This document shows positions 48,077-60,654 of a stretch of DNA of 64,000 bases, one piece after another. Source of the stretch: an uncultured Gemmatimonadales bacterium (GTDB lineage: Bacteria; Gemmatimonadota; Gemmatimonadetes; Gemmatimonadales; GWC2-71-9); NCBI GenBank assembly GCA_963842945.1, contig CAWJIM010000018.1:32001-96000 (forward strand), given 5' to 3'. Position numbers and translations under genes: made by a program. Position 1 is the first letter of the stretch, and each line of letters begins with the position of its first letter. The notes beneath the pieces are model-generated. The model was not told the origin of the DNA and made no database searches. It was given only the letters and a program-made list of their open reading frames with translations.

Positions 48077-48946
48077 TCAGTCCTTCGTCTCCCTCCCGGA
48101 CAGGTCACCCCAATGCAGCTTATGCCGCATCCGGCTGAAGAAGCCTTCGTCTCCCAGCCGGATGAGACAGACTCGGTGATCGGCGCGGCACACCTCTACC
48201 GATTCACCGGGGGCCAGGGTGGTGCCGGTCTGTCCGTCGAACGAAACGAGCAGGTCGTCTGACCAGCCGGCAATCGGCTCAATCACGATGCGATAGGTGG
48301 CCGGCACCACCAGCGGCCGTACCGCCAGCGTGTGAGCGGCGATGGGCGTAACCAGCATCGCCTCCACGCCCGGTACCACAATCGGGCCGCCTGCACTCAG
48401 GCTGTAGGCGGTCGAGCCGGTTGGCGTGGCGACAATGAGGCCATCGGCACTATACGGTCCGACGTTCTCGCCCTGGATGTAGACGTTCACCCGGATGACC
48501 CGGGCCACGCCTCCCTTGTGCACCGCGACGTCGTTCACGGCCATCTGGGTCGAGCGGGTCTCGTTCTCCCCATCCCGGATGCCGGCCCGGAGTGCCTGGC
48601 GGCGCTCGATCAGGTAGCGCCCCGTCACCAGCGCATCGAGAGCAGGATCCAGAGTTTCCGGCGTAACCGAGGTGAGGAAACCCACCCGGCCCAGATTGAC
48701 TCCCAAGATGGGGATCTCCTGAGCATCGAGCAGACGCGCCCCGCGGAGCAAGGTCCCGTCTCCGCCGAAGGTGATCAGCGCATCGAGCCGGACGGAATCA
48801 AAGACGGGGACGTCGCGGCCCCAGAAAGGCGCCAGCCGTGATTCGCTGTAGAGGGAGATCCCCCGGGAGGGAGCGGCAAGAGTCAGTTGCTCCAGCATTC
48901 CTTTGAGGTCCCCGTACCGCGGGTTCCCCACGACCCCGACCTTCAT
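48077..48946 (-). CDS. nadK: NAD kinase
   Basis: GGDGT, NLGRVGFL, DGLIVATPTGSTAYSLSAGGP. Confidence 0.96.
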   Translation of the reverse strand: MKVGVVGNPRYGDLKGMLEQLTLAAPSRGISLYSESRLAPFWGRDVPVFDSVRLDALITFGGDGTLLRGARLLDAQEIPILGVNLGRVGFLTSVTPETLDPALDALVTGRYLIERRQALRAGIRDGENETRSTQMAVNDVAVHKGGVARVIRVNVYIQGENVGPYSADGLIVATPTGSTAYSLSAGGPIVVPGVEAMLVTPIAAHTLAVRPLVVPATYRIVIEPIAGWSDDLLVSFDGQTGTTLAPGESVEVCRADHRVCLIRLGDEGFFSRMRHKLHWGDLSGRETKD

Positions 48947-50839
48947 CGGGCCTCGAGACTTTCCTCGTGCTGCAGCGCGGTGATCCGCCGGGCAATGCCC
49001 GCTGGCGTCAGCCCGTAGGTGTCGAGCTGCTCTGCCCGCGGCGCCTGCTCGATGAGGCGGTCCGGCACTCCCAGGGCCACTACCCTCACCTCGGGATGCG
49101 TCGTCTGCAGAGTCTCTGCCAGATATGCCCCGAATCCGTTGACGATGGTGCCTTCCTCCACGGTCACCAGCACCCGGTGGTGCTGGGCCAGCGATTCGAG
49201 CATGGCCGTATCCATCGGCTTCAGGAAACGGCAGTTCACCACGGCGCAGTCGAGCCCGTCAGGCGCCAGAAGCTCGGCCGCTTCCAGCGCCGGCATCACC
49301 ATGGTGCCGGTGGCCAGGATGGCGACGTCTTTGCCGCGCCGCAACTGTTCCCAGGTTCCGTAGGGCACATCCGGGATCTCCGAGATCGGACTGAGCTCGG
49401 CCGGAGCCTTGTCGCGCGGGTAGCGGGTGCTGAAGGGGCCATGGTGCTGCAGCGCAGTGCGGAGCAGCCCGATCAACTCGTCGCCATCCTTGGGTGCGGT
49501 GACCGTCATTCCCGGCACGGCCAGCAGGTACGCGATGTCGTACAGACCCATGTGGGTCTGCCCATCTTCGCCGACCAGTCCCGCCCGGTCCATGCAGAAG
49601 ATGACCGGCAGCTGCTGCACCGCAACGTCGTGAATGACGTTGTCGTAGGCCCGTTGCAGGAAGGTGCTGTAGATGGCGCAGACCGGCCGAATGCCCTGCG
49701 TGGCCAGGCCGGCGGCGAACGTTACGGCGTGCCCTTCGGCAATGCCGACATCGAAGAACCGCTCCGGGTACTTCTCCTGAAACATCGCCGGTGCCGGTGC
49801 CGGAGGGCATGGCCGCGGTGATGGCGACCATCTCCGGGTGCTCGACGGCCAGCGCCGTGAGACCGGTCCCGAGGACCTGGGTCCAGGTAGGTGGACCACT
49901 CGCCTTCTTTCGTGCCTCCCCGGTGACCGGATCGTACGCCGCCAGGCCGTGCCACTTCTCCTGGTTGGACTCGGCAAAGGAGAAGCCCTTCCCCTTCTGG
50001 GTGATGACGTGAACCACACGGGGACCCTCCATGCCACGCACGAACTTCAGGGTATCGCACAGCTTGGACAGATCGTGGCCGTCGATCGGTCCGAAGTACC
50101 GGAAGCCCAGCTCCTCGAACAGCATGCCGGGGGAGAACAGGTTCTTCACGCTCTCTTCGACATTGCGGGCAAAATCCACCAGACCTTCTCCGAACACTCC
50201 GCCTAGGGCAAAGGTCAGTCCCTTGATCCGCTCGCGCAGCTTGTTGGTACGCGGGTCGGCCACGATCCGTCCCAGCATCTTGCTGATGGCGCCGACGTTG
50301 GGGGAGATGGACATCCCATTGTCGTTGACGATGAGGATGATGTCCCGCTCGGAGTGCCCCGCGTTGTTCATGCCCTCGTACGACAGGCCGCAGGTCAGCG
50401 CGCCATCGCCCACGATGGCCACCACCTTGTGCTGCTCACCCTTGAGGTCGCGCGCCGTGGCTATGCCGAGCGCGGCCGACATGGCAGTGCCCGCGTGACC
50501 GGCACCAAACTGATCGTGCTGGCTCTCGCTTCGCTTCAGAAAGCCGGAAATCCCGTCCCGCTGGCGCAGGCTGGTAAACTGGTCGTTGCGTCCGGTCAGA
50601 AGCTTCCAGGCATAGGCCTGATGCCCGACATCCCAGACAATCTTGTCGACCGGAGACTCGAACTCATAGAGCAGCGCGATGGTGAGCTCGACCACCCCCA
50701 GGCTTGCGCCGATGTGACCGCCGGTGATCGAACAGCCCTCGATGAGGCGGTCGCGAATCTCCTGCGCGAGCTGGGGCAGCTGGTCGCGCTTGAGACGCTT
50801 CAGGTCTAGGGGAGACTTGATTGCGGAGAGCAAGGACAT
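48943..50839 (-). CDS. dxs: 1-deoxy-D-xylulose-5-phosphate synthase (frameshift near 49790)
   Basis: DVGHQAY, GDGALT..NDN, FDVGIAE, IYSTFLQRAYD, DRAG. Confidence 0.96.
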
Positions 50840-50860
50840 TCGCGAGTGAACCGGTTTCAA

Positions 50861-50948
50861 TCATCCCGAGCGCAGCGAGGGATCCCCAGCCTGGTGCGCT
50901 TGCGACCAGCGGGCAAGATCCCTCGTTCGCTGCGCTCCCTCGGGATGA
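50861..50948. repeat. REP-like palindrome
   Basis: TCATCCCGAGCGCAGCGAGGGATC ... GATCCCTCG(TT)CGCTGCGCTC(CCTC)GGGATGA. Confidence 0.8.
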
Positions 50949-50978
50949 GGAATGGGAACGACAGCGGCTTAACTCTTC

Positions 50979-51900
50979 TTAGGATGTCCTGTTTACAATA
51001 TATCCCGCCAGGGCTCCCAGCGCGTCCGACGGGATGCCGGCACGGTCGAGGTGAGCCACTGCCCGGTGAGCCAGCTGTTGGGCCTCCGTCCGCGCCCCCT
51101 CGATCCCGAGCAGGGCTACATAAGTGGACTTGGAGAGCTCGACATCGCGCCCCGCGGGCTTCCCCAGTTCCTCACTGGTGCCGGTGGCGTCGAGCACGTC
51201 GTCCGCAATCTGAAAGGCGAGCCCGATATCTTCGCCGTATGCCGTGAGTGCTTCGAGCTGGGCTGGGGGAGCCTGGGCGGACATCCCGCCCAACCTGCAG
51301 GCCGCGCGGATCAGCGCCCCCGTCTTGCCCCGGTGTACCTCCATGAGCTCCTGCAGCGATAGGCTTCTTCCCTCAGCCTCGAGGTCGAGCCACTGGCCTC
51401 CGACCATGCCGGAGATGCCACCAGCCTCGAAGAGCTCCACCGCCATGTTCCCCAGCGCCGAAGCTGGGAAGCCCGAGATCGCGCACAGCGACCGACAGGA
51501 GCCACCCGGCAACGGGGACCAGCAGGAATCCGACCCGGGTTGCGGTCGGCACGTCAAAAGCCCGATGCGCCGTGGGACGCCCCCGGCGCAGGTCATCATT
51601 GTCCATGCAGGGGAGATCGTCGTGCACCAGGGAGTAGGCGTGAACCGTTTCAACGGCTGCCGCCACCCCGGCAATACCGGATGAGCTGCCGCCGAGGGAA
51701 CGGTACGCGCCGAGCAGGAGCGCGGCCCGAACCCGTTTTCCTGGAGTTCGCAGCGCATACGCCAGCGCCTGTCCGTTGCGTCCTTCCAATTCGGACTGGA
51801 GATGCTCGGACCAATCGCTGAGCAGGGTGTCGATGGACTCCCTGGCCTCGAGCAGCAGATCGGTTGCCGCTGCTGCCGTACCGAAACCCGCCTCACTCAT
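50979..51900 (-). CDS. ispA: Polyprenyl (farnesyl) diphosphate synthase (frameshifted)
   Basis: GKRVR, HDDLPCMDNDDLRRG, GQ..D, KTGAL, FQIADDVLD. Confidence 0.95.
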
Positions 51901-52138
51901 CCAGGTCGGTGAGTCTGATGTCGCCGCCGGCCTCCTCCAGCACCGCCTGGACCTTGAGCTCGGCGGCCGCCAGCCGCTCCCGGGCCGACCGGAGCCGGGC
52001 GACCCCTTCCTCGAACAGCGTCAGGGCAGCGTCCAGGTCCACATCGTCAGCTTCCAGCCGGCGGACGATCTCCTCGAGCCGGGCCAGCTCGTCCGCCAGC
52101 GGTGCGCCAGTGGATCCACCATTTCCGGTTTTGGCCAT
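51893..52138 (-). CDS. xseB: Exodeoxyribonuclease VII small subunit
   Basis: LEEIV..LE...L..AL..FEEG. Confidence 0.93.
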   Translation of the reverse strand: MAKTGNGGSTGAPLADELARLEEIVRRLEADDVDLDAALTLFEEGVARLRSARERLAAAELKVQAVLEEAGGDIRLTDLDE

Positions 52139-52141
52139 GGT

Positions 52142-53293
52142 CTACTCCACCCGGGCGCGGACGGCGCCGTCTGCTACCCGCAACTGGAAGGGGAGATTCG
52201 GGACGAAGTCGGCTTTCTGCTTGAGCACTCGTCCATCCTCTCCCCGCGCCACTGCGTAGCCACGTCCCAGCACTCGCAGCGGACTCAGCGCATCCAACTG
52301 CACCGCGAGTCGCTCCGTCTGACTCCGCCGTCTCTGGAGTCCCACCTCGATGGCGGCCTGCAGACGGTCGCCGGTACGCGCGAGCCGGGCCGAGGCCAGC
52401 CTGGTCCGAGCGGTAAGCCCGGCAGCGAGTCGGCCGGAGAGATCGTCCACCAATCGCAGCACGTCCCGCCGATCGGGGACAGCCAGCTCCGCGGCGGCGG
52501 ACGGCGTGGCAGCTCGCACATCGGCAACCAGGTCGGTGAGTGAAATGTCCACTTCGTGGCCCACCGCCGAGATGGTGGGCACGCGTACATCGGCCAGCGC
52601 GCGGCACACTGGTTCGCTGTTGAAGGCCGCGAGATCCTCCCTCGCACCGCCGCCGCGCCCCAGGATGCAGAGATCAACCCGGCGCAAGCGATTCACCTGA
52701 CGAAGGGCACGCACCAGCTCTTCGACCGCGCCTTCACCCTGGACTCTGGCGCCGAGCACCAGCAGCCGGACACCGGGCCAGCGCTTGCGGGTGACGGTGA
52801 CAATGTCGTGCACCGCCGCCCCATCGCGGCTGGTCACCAGGGCTATCAGGGAGGGATAGGTCGGGAGCCTGCGCTTGCGAGCGGGGTCGAACAGTCCATC
52901 CTGGTGCAGGAGGGCTCTGACTCGCTCGAGCTCCTGCTGCTGCCGCCCGAGAGCGGAGGTGGGCAGCATCCGGGAAACGACCAGCTGGAATTCGCCCTTC
53001 TCCTCGTACAGCGCGGGCTTGCCCAGCACATACACCTCGGTGCCGTCCGCGGGAGGCTTTCCGGCCCGCATGGTATTCAGCCGAAACATGCAGCAGCGCA
53101 CCTGGCTGCCCGCATCGCGCAGGGTGAAATACCAGTGTCCGCTGGAGTAGGCCTTGCATTGCACCACTTCACCCCGAACCCAGAGCTGGATGCCGTGCTT
53201 CTCGATCAATCGCTTGACCGAAGCACTCAGCTGGGAGACGGACCAGACCTGATCGGTTGCAGCGGGGGACCCCAGGCTCAACGGCAGAGTCAT
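52142..53293 (-). CDS. xseA: Exodeoxyribonuclease VII large subunit
   Basis: SGHWYFTL, RGGG..EDL..FN, SAVGHE.D, RAATPSAAAE. Confidence 0.96.
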   Translation of the reverse strand: MTLPLSLGSPAATDQVWSVSQLSASVKRLIEKHGIQLWVRGEVVQCKAYSSGHWYFTLRDAGSQVRCCMFRLNTMRAGKPPADGTEVYVLGKPALYEEKGEFQLVVSRMLPTSALGRQQQELERVRALLHQDGLFDPARKRRLPTYPSLIALVTSRDGAAVHDIVTVTRKRWPGVRLLVLGARVQGEGAVEELVRALRQVNRLRRVDLCILGRGGGAREDLAAFNSEPVCRALADVRVPTISAVGHEVDISLTDLVADVRAATPSAAAELAVPDRRDVLRLVDDLSGRLAAGLTARTRLASARLARTGDRLQAAIEVGLQRRRSQTERLAVQLDALSPLRVLGRGYAVARGEDGRVLKQKADFVPNLPFQLRVADGAVRARVE

Positions 53294-53302
53294 ACGGGAA
53301 GA

Positions 53303-54190
53303 CTAATCCAGTGCCGCCTGCTGCATGGCTTGCAGCGTGTTCTGCAGCAGCATGGCGATGGTCATGGGGCCGACGCCGCCGGGCACGGGAGTGATTGCGG
53401 AAGCGACCTGCGACACCGGGCCGTACGCCACATCTCCCACCAGCCGGTACCCTCGGGGCTTGGATGAGTCGTCCACCCGGTTGATGCCCACATCGATCAC
53501 CACCGCGCCGGGCCGAACCATATCAGCGGTGACGAACTCAGCCTTTCCGATGGCTGCGATCAGGATGTCGGCGGTCCGGGTGACCGCCGGAAGATCGCGG
53601 GTCTTCGAATGGCACACCGTCACCGTGGCATCGCCCCCGGGTCCCTGCTGGATCAGGAGGTTGGCCATCGGCCGGCCCACGATGTTCGAGCGTCCGACGA
53701 TCACCGCATTGGCGCCCCGTGTCTCGATCCCGGAGCGGATCAGCATCTGCTGCACTCCGTATGGAGTCGCGGGACGGAATGCGGTCCGGTCGCCGACCAC
53801 CAGCTTGCCTACGTTGACCGGGTGGAACCCGTCCACGTCTTTGGTCGGGTCGATCCGCCGGAGCACCCGCTCCGAGTTGATGTGCTTGGGAAGCGGTAGC
53901 TGGACCAGGATGCCATGGATCTGCTGGTCGGCATTGAGCCGGTCCACCGTCTCCAGCAGCTCCGCTTCGCTGGTGGTGGCGGGGAGCCGCAGGGTGATGG
54001 AATGCATGCCCGCTTCCTCGCAGGCTTTTCCCTTGGAGCGGACGTACACCGCGCTGGCGGGATCTTCTCCTACCAGCACGGCGGCCAGGCCCGGCTTGCG
54101 CCCCTGGGCCGAGAGTTTGCCCACCTGAGCCGCCACTTCGGCGCGGATGGCCTGCGCGATGGCGGTTCCGTCGAGAACTCTGGCCGTCAT
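53303..54190 (-). CDS. folD: Methylene-THF dehydrogenase/cyclohydrolase
   Basis: [32 protein letters not shown]. Confidence 0.97.
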   Translation of the reverse strand: MTARVLDGTAIAQAIRAEVAAQVGKLSAQGRKPGLAAVLVGEDPASAVYVRSKGKACEEAGMHSITLRLPATTSEAELLETVDRLNADQQIHGILVQLPLPKHINSERVLRRIDPTKDVDGFHPVNVGKLVVGDRTAFRPATPYGVQQMLIRSGIETRGANAVIVGRSNIVGRPMANLLIQQGPGGDATVTVCHSKTRDLPAVTRTADILIAAIGKAEFVTADMVRPGAVVIDVGINRVDDSSKPRGYRLVGDVAYGPVSQVASAITPVPGGVGPMTIAMLLQNTLQAMQQAALD

Positions 54191-55767
54191 CGGGCGAAAT
54201 CGACCGCGCGGGTCTCGCGAATGACCACGACCTTGATCTGACCCGGATACTGCAATTCGCTCTCGATCTTCCGGGCGATCGATTCCGACAGCGTGGCCGC
54301 GGCGCCATCGTCGATCCGGTCCGGTGTCACCACCACCCGGATCTCGCGGCCGGCCTGAATGACGTTGCTCTTTTCCACCCCGGCAAAGCCATTGGCGATT
54401 TCTTCCAGCCGGGTCAGACGCTTCACGTAGGTCTCGAACGCCTCGCGGCGTGCCCCGGGGCGGGAGCCGCTGATCGCGTCGGCCGCCTGCACCAGGACCG
54501 ATTCGGCTGACTCGTGCGGCACGTCGTCGTGGTGCGCCTGAATGCAATTGATCACCGCCGCGCTCTCCCCATATTTGCGCGCCACCTCCACCCCCAGTTC
54601 CACGTGCGTGCCCTCGGTGTCATGGGTCAGCACCTTGCCGATGTCGTGCAGGAGACCGCCCCGCTTGGCCAGGCCTATGTCCAGGTGCAGCTCGGCCGCC
54701 ATCATTCCGGCCAGCCAGGCTACCTCTTTCGAGTGATCGAGGATGTTCTGACCGTACGACGTGCGGTAGCGCATACGGCCGATCAGCTTGATCAGCTCGG
54801 CGTGAAGCCCGTGAACGCCGGTGTCGTATGCCGCCTGCTCACCCAGCTCCACCAGCTGCCCGTCCAGCTCGCGCTGGACCTTGAGTACGATCTCCTCGAT
54901 GCGTCCCGGGTGAATCCTGCCATCGGTGATCAGCGCCTCGAGCGAGCGCCGGGCCACTTCCCGCCGGATGGGGTCGAAGCAGGAGATGATCACGGTGTCG
55001 GGTGTGTCATCGATGATCACATCAACGCCGGTGGCGGTTTCGAACGCTCGAATGTTGCGGCCTTCTCTCCCGATGATCCGGCCTTTCATCTCATCACTGG
55101 GGAGCGCCACGGCGGCAACCGTGCTTTCAGCGGTGTGCTCGGCGCCGAGTCGCTGGATGGCGATGGAGATGATTCGGCGGGCATCCCGGTCGGCGGTCCG
55201 GCGAGCCTGCTCCTTGATCTCCCGGACGAGCGCGGCCGCCTGGCCCCGCGCTTCATCTTCTAAGCGTTGAAGAATTTCCCTCTTAGCCTCCTCCGCGGTG
55301 AGTCCGGCGATACGTTCGAGCTTGGCGCGCTGCTCCTGGGCCAGCCGGTCCGCCTCGCCCTCGCGGTTGCGGAGCGCCTGCTCCCGCTGGGTGAGGGCTT
55401 CCTCCCGGTGTCCGGCGTTGCGCTCGCGGGCTTCGATTTCCTCCAGCTTGCGTTCCTGAACCCGGGAGCGCTCCTCGACCCGCCGTTCCAGCCTTTCCCA
55501 TTCCTCCCGGCGGCGTAGGATCTCACGGTCGAGATCCTCCCGCAGCTTGAGGGTTTCCATCTTGGCGCTGAGGAGCAGGTCGGACTTGGTGGATTCGGCG
55601 TCTCGCTGGCCTTCGGTGCGCAACCGGTCGGCTTCGGCCCGGGCGAGCGCCAGAATGCTGCTGCTGCTGCGCCGCTGACTGCGGGTGTAGAGCAGAATGA
55701 ACACCAGGGCAGCGGCCAATCCGGCCGCCACCCCCGCGAGCAGTGGCAGGAGCAGCGATTGGAGCAT
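54187..55767 (-). CDS. rny: Ribonuclease Y
   Basis: TM + coiled coil; [24 protein letters not shown]. Confidence 0.97.
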   Translation of the reverse strand: MLQSLLLPLLAGVAAGLAAALVFILLYTRSQRRSSSSILALARAEADRLRTEGQRDAESTKSDLLLSAKMETLKLREDLDREILRRREEWERLERRVEERSRVQERKLEEIEARERNAGHREEALTQREQALRNREGEADRLAQEQRAKLERIAGLTAEEAKREILQRLEDEARGQAAALVREIKEQARRTADRDARRIISIAIQRLGAEHTAESTVAAVALPSDEMKGRIIGREGRNIRAFETATGVDVIIDDTPDTVIISCFDPIRREVARRSLEALITDGRIHPGRIEEIVLKVQRELDGQLVELGEQAAYDTGVHGLHAELIKLIGRMRYRTSYGQNILDHSKEVAWLAGMMAAELHLDIGLAKRGGLLHDIGKVLTHDTEGTHVELGVEVARKYGESAAVINCIQAHHDDVPHESAESVLVQAADAISGSRPGARREAFETYVKRLTRLEEIANGFAGVEKSNVIQAGREIRVVVTPDRIDDGAAATLSESIARKIESELQYPGQIKVVVIRETRAVDFAR

Positions 55768-55776
55768 CGATTGGCC

Positions 55777-56085
55777 TCAGGATGCCGCGCGATTACCGCG
55801 TTTGGCCGGCGGCAGCAGTCGAGCCAGATCGTCGGCCATGGCCGAGATCCGGTCGGCTATTTCGCGGTCGCCCCGTCGCGCCTGAAACAGCTCGTCGGTG
55901 ATGGCGAGTCCGGCGAGAATGGCTGCCTTGTGAGACTCCACCATGGGAAGACTGTCGCGAACGCGTTTCAGGGCTGCGTCGAGATAGGCGGCCACTTCAC
56001 GGGTGTAGTCGGGAGGCACTTCGGATCGGACGGTATACTCCTCGCCTCCGATGAAGACTCGGACTGCGTTCTTAGTCGTGCTCAC
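55777..56085 (-). CDS. zapA: Cell division protein ZapA
   Basis: V.IGGEEY.VR, VAAYLD, AILA.L.I.DEL; synteny with rny. Confidence 0.88.
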   Translation of the reverse strand: MSTTKNAVRVFIGGEEYTVRSEVPPDYTREVAAYLDAALKRVRDSLPMVESHKAAILAGLAITDELFQARRGDREIADRISAMADDLARLLPPAKRGNRAAS

Positions 56086-56393
56086 GCGGCTGTGCCTCCG
56101 CCATGCTGTTCGAGAAACGAGACCCGGCCGGTCAACGCCTGAAGCCGGTCCTTGGCGGCATCGATCCGGAGTCTGAGCGCCTGATTCTCCGTCTCCAGTT
56201 CGATGACCCGCTGGCGTGCCTGGGTGAGCTCGGGCCCGGCAAGCACGCCGCCGTTCGCGCGGGCCTGCTGCATTTCGCCTTCCGCCTTCAGTGTTCGCCT
56301 GCGCCAGCCGGCCAACTCCTCGGCCAGGTTCCGGACCACCTGTTCGAGGTCGCTCAACGCATTCTGGTCCGGGCGTTCGTAATAGTAAGACAC
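56082..56393 (-). CDS. Coiled-coil protein, ZapB-like
   Basis: Heptad-rich; between pheT and zapA. Confidence 0.7.
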   Translation of the reverse strand: MSYYYERPDQNALSDLEQVVRNLAEELAGWRRRTLKAEGEMQQARANGGVLAGPELTQARQRVIELETENQALRLRIDAAKDRLQALTGRVSFLEQHGGGTAA

Positions 56394-56395
56394 GC

Positions 56396-58791
56396 TCAGT
56401 CTCCGCTGCCTGCCGCACCAGCATCGCGGCGCTGGATGCCGAGCTCCCCGGCCAGGCCGGCGAGCATACGCTTTTCGACTGCATCAACCTCTGCGTCACG
56501 CAGGGTCCTGTCCGGCGCCCGGAAGGTCAGCCGAAACGCGACGCTGCGAGTGCCGGCCGGGAGCTCGGGACCACGATAGTCGCTCTGGACAGTAACAGAC
56601 TCGAGCAACCCACTGCCCTCGCGCCGAAGGAGCTCCTGCACCTGCTGTGCGGTGATGGACTCTGGCAGAAGCAGGGCCAGCACCCGCTCTGACGACGGAG
56701 TCACGGGCAGGGCAGTAAATCGGATGGGCGATCGCGGAGTCGGATCGAGCAGCAGCTCGAACCCAAAGAGCGGGTCGGCCCAGGGCGGCGCGTCGGCCTC
56801 CAGAAGCCCAGCCTGTCCTACGATATGCCCCCGAGAATCCCGTGCGATCCAGCCGGACCCTTCAACCTGCACCGCGCCTCCGGGAACCGCCAGACCGACC
56901 GCGAACTCGAATTGTCCCTTGAGATCCCACAGATCGATCCGTTCCTCCCCCGAGCCGGACCAGTGTGCCGGCGCCCGCCGGCCGGTCAGCACTCCCGCCA
57001 CGTGTCGTTCCTCTCGGGGCCGCTCCCCTGCCGGTCCGGCTCGAAACACGTTGCCGATCTCGAAGAGACGCACGTCGGGCACGTGCTTAGCCCAGTTGCC
57101 TTCCACCAGCCGCACCAGCCCGGGAAGAAGGCGCCGCCGCAGGTAGCCCTCTGTGCTCGAGAGCGGATTGGCCAGGCGCACGCTCTCTGGCCCGTCCGCC
57201 GGCGCCGTCGGCAGGGGCAGCACCTCCAATAGCCCTTGCCGGGTGAGGCCGGCGCGCACTGTCGGACGCGACCTGCTCAATGGCGGCGTCGGCCAGATGG
57301 CTGGGACGAAATGCGCGAAGGTCGGACGGAAAGTTCTGATACCCGTGGAGCCGAGCTACCTCTTCGATCAGATCGATCTCACGGCTCAGGTCCGGACGCC
57401 AGCTCGGCGCTTCGACCGCGATCCTGTCGTCTTCCGGCTTGGGCACCAGAGTGGCGCCGATGGCGACCAGATAGCTCTCCACCGCGTGCCAGGGCAGGTC
57501 TACCCCGAGCAGGTGAGACACGCGAGAAGGACGGAGGAAGATGCGGGATGGGTTGCCGGGGCCCGGGCCGAGATCGAGCGGCGCCTCGGCCAGCTTGCCG
57601 CCTGCGGTTGCCGCAATGATCTCCACACAGCGGCGAAGCGCTTCGGCCCCACCCCAGCGGTCGATGCCGCGCTCGAACCGGTAACTGGCCTCGGTGGACA
57701 GGCCAAGGGCGCGCCGAGTCCGCCGAATTCCGGCGGGGGTGAAGTAGGCGCACTCGAGGAATACGTCCTCGGTCTCAGCGCTCACCTCCGTGTTGGCGCC
57801 ACCCATCACGCCGGCGACGCCGATCGGTCCAGCCTCATCGGCGATAATCGTCATGCTCGAGTCGAGCGTCCGGGAGACGCCGTCCAGCGTGGTGAGCGTC
57901 TCACCGGACTGGGCTCGACGGGCGATCACGGCCGGCCCGCGAAGCTTCCTCACGTCGTAGGCATGCATCGGCTGATTCAGCTCGAGCAGGACGTAGTTGG
58001 TTGCGTCGACCACATTGTTGATGGCGCGAACGCCAACCGCCTCGAGTCGCCGGGCCAGCCAGTGGGGCGACGGCGCGATCCTGACTCCGCGGATGACCGC
58101 ACCCAGCAGCCTGGGACACCCCTCGATGTCCTCGGTGCCGGCCTGCACTCCGCCGACCACACCCCTGTTCCCCACCCGCCGGACCTGAGGAACATCGATG
58201 GCGGGCTGGGTTGGCAAGGCAGGGAGACGGAACGGGCATCCCGAACGACGCGGCCAGCTCACGCGCGATTCCCTTGTGCCCCAGGAGGTCGGGCCGGTTG
58301 GGACCGATGTCGAGCACCAATCGGTGATCCGCCAGCGGCACGGCCTCGAGCAGCGGGGTTCCGGGAGCGGCGTCGGTCTGCAGCTCCCAGAGACCGTCGC
58401 CATCCTGTCCCAGTCCGAGCTCCCGGGCGGAGCACAGCATTCCCTGCGAGGTCTGCCCTCTCAGCTTTCGCTCCTCGATCCGAAGCCCGCCGGGGAGCGT
58501 CGCCCCGACGGGGGCAAACGGGTACTTCCGTCCCGCCGTGACGTTGGGCGCGCCGCAGACCACGTGCAGCCGCTCGGCGTTACCCCCGTTCACCACGCAG
58601 ACGCGCAGCCGGTCTGCATTCGGGTGAGGCTGCACCTCCTCCACCTCGGCCACGAGCACATCGCTCAGGTCGCCGTGCAGCGGCTCCGCCGCATCGACCG
58701 GCGCGCCCAGCATGGTGAGCCGCTCGGTGAGGTCGCGCACCTCCAACGGTCGGCGGAGGAAATCCTCCAGCCAGCGACGGGAGACGTTCAT
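56396..58791 (-). CDS. pheT: Phenylalanine-tRNA ligase beta subunit (two frameshifts)
   Basis: [47 protein letters not shown]. Confidence 0.96.
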
Positions 58792-59886
58792 CCGCTACTG
58801 TGCTCCCCTGCCCCGTTGCCCGCTCCCCCCGCCACGAACTGCCCGAGGAACCGCATGTCCCCGTCGTACAACAGGCGAATGTCTGGTATGCCGTAGCGGA
58901 GCATGGCGATCCGGTGCGGACCCATGCCAAAGGCCCAGCCGGTGTAGCGCTCGGAATCGACACCCGTATGCTCGAACACCACGGGATGAACCATTCCGCA
59001 GCCCAGGATCTCCATCCATCCGGTGCCCTTGCACGCCGGGCAGCCGCTCCCATGGCAGAGCTGACACTCCACGTCCATCTCGGCGGAGGGCTCGGTGAAA
59101 GGGAAGAAGGATGGCCGGAACCGCACCTTGGTAGTTGGGGTGAAGAACCGGTGGGCGAAGTGCACCAGCGTGGCCTTGAGATCGACGAAGGAGATTCCCT
59201 CGTCCACGGCCAGGCCTTCAATCTGAGAGAAGGCCGGCGCATGCGATGGGTCGAAGGGATCATTCCGGTAGACCAGGCCCGGGATCACGACTCTGACCGG
59301 TGGCGGCGATTCGAGCAAGGTTCGGATCTGCACCGGCGAGGTGTGGGTGCGGAGCAGGAGCCGCCCGCCTTGCTCCCCCGGGATCGGAGGGGCATCGACG
59401 TACAACGTGTCGTGCATGTCCATCGCGGGGTGATCCGGGGGAAAGTTCAGCGCGATGAAGTTGTACCAGTCGGTTTCCACTTCGGGGCCGACCGCAACGG
59501 TAAAGCCGATCCCACGGAAGATCTGTACGATTTCGTCGATCACTCGGGTGACGGGATGCTCCGCGCCCACCCACCGGTGCCGGGCCGGCATGGTCAGATC
59601 CAGGCCGGCTTGCTCCTGCTGCCGATGTTCCGCCTCGAGCGCTTCGCTCCTCCGAGCAAAGGCTTCCTCGAACTGCGCCTTCAGCCGATTGACGGCGGCG
59701 CCGTACGACTTGCGCTCTTCAGCCGGCTTGGAGGGCACCGACCGAAGCGCCGCCGTGAGCTCGCCGTGCTTCCGCCCCAGCACGGCCACGATCTCCGCCG
59801 CCAAGCGCGTCGGGAGCGAGGCCGGGCACGGCCGCGAGCCGGGGCAGCAAGCCATCGAGTTCGGGATAACCGGTCGGATCAGACAT
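58788..59886 (-). CDS. pheS: Phenylalanine-tRNA ligase alpha subunit (frameshift near 5' end)
   Basis: LLRTHTSPVQIR, FRPSFFPFTEPS, GWAFGMG. Confidence 0.96.
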
Positions 59887-59973
59887 CGGGATCACGGGTC
59901 GATACGTCAATTACGTACATGGGGCCGCCCGCCCATCGCGAACGGCCCCACAGGGCACCAGGGGCACGTGCGG

Positions 59974-60333
59974 CTACTGGCGATCGGCGCCCTTCGCCAT
60001 CTCGGCGATGCGGGCAAAGGCCTCCAGATCGTGGACTGCGAGATCGGCGAGGACCTTGCGGTTGATGTCCACGCCGGCCTTCCGCAGCCCCGCCATAAAT
60101 CGGCTGTAGCTCATTCCCTGACCCCTGGCCGCCGCATTGATGCGGGTGATCCAGAGGGCGCGGAACTCGCCCTTCTTTTTCCGCCGGTCCCGATAAGCGT
60201 ACCGCATGGCGCGCTCGGCGGTTTCCTTGGCGGATTTGTAGAGCTTGCTCCGGCCGCCGCGAGCGCCTTTGGCGGCCTCCATGATCTTCTTTTTTCTGGC
60301 GTGATGGGCCACGCCGTTCTTGACCCGGGGCAT
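59974..60333 (-). CDS. rplT: 50S ribosomal protein L20
   Basis: [30 protein letters not shown]. Confidence 0.98.
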   Translation of the reverse strand: MPRVKNGVAHHARKKKIMEAAKGARGGRSKLYKSAKETAERAMRYAYRDRRKKKGEFRALWITRINAAARGQGMSYSRFMAGLRKAGVDINRKVLADLAVHDLEAFARIAEMAKGADRQ

Positions 60334-60345
60334 CGGAGTGTGTCC

Positions 60346-60540
60346 TTAGGCCTGAAGGAGACGGCTGACGCGCGGGAAATCGGCGCTACTGACGAGGTCG
60401 CCCTTCTTCAGCCGGTTTTTCCGCTTGCGCGTCTTCTTGGTCAGGATGTGACTGTGGTTCGCGTGCCAGCGCTTGAGCTTGCCACTCCCGGTGGTCTTGA
60501 AGCGCTTCATTGCGGCTCGCTTGGTCTTCTGCTTTGGCAT
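60346..60540 (-). CDS. rpmI: 50S ribosomal protein L35
   Basis: [26 protein letters not shown]. Confidence 0.97.
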   Translation of the reverse strand: MPKQKTKRAAMKRFKTTGSGKLKRWHANHSHILTKKTRKRKNRLKKGDLVSSADFPRVSRLLQA

Positions 60541-60654
60541 TTTATTCCTCGTCACTGGGCAGATCCGGGTCACCCCATACCGCCGCTGTATCTACCGCCT
60601 TACCGCACCAGCTCATCGAGGGCCGGGCTCTATCCCAGCCCATGAGGGCTGGGC

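Noticed and set aside
55760..55785. 6S RNA between zapA and rny
   Set aside because: Only 9 bp separate the genes, so there is no room.
48943..59886. Frameshifts in dxs, ispA, pheT and pheS as pseudogenes or programmed frameshifts
   Set aside because: These are essential genes with intact motifs on both sides of each break, and similar indels occur across the window; sequencing error is the simplest explanation.
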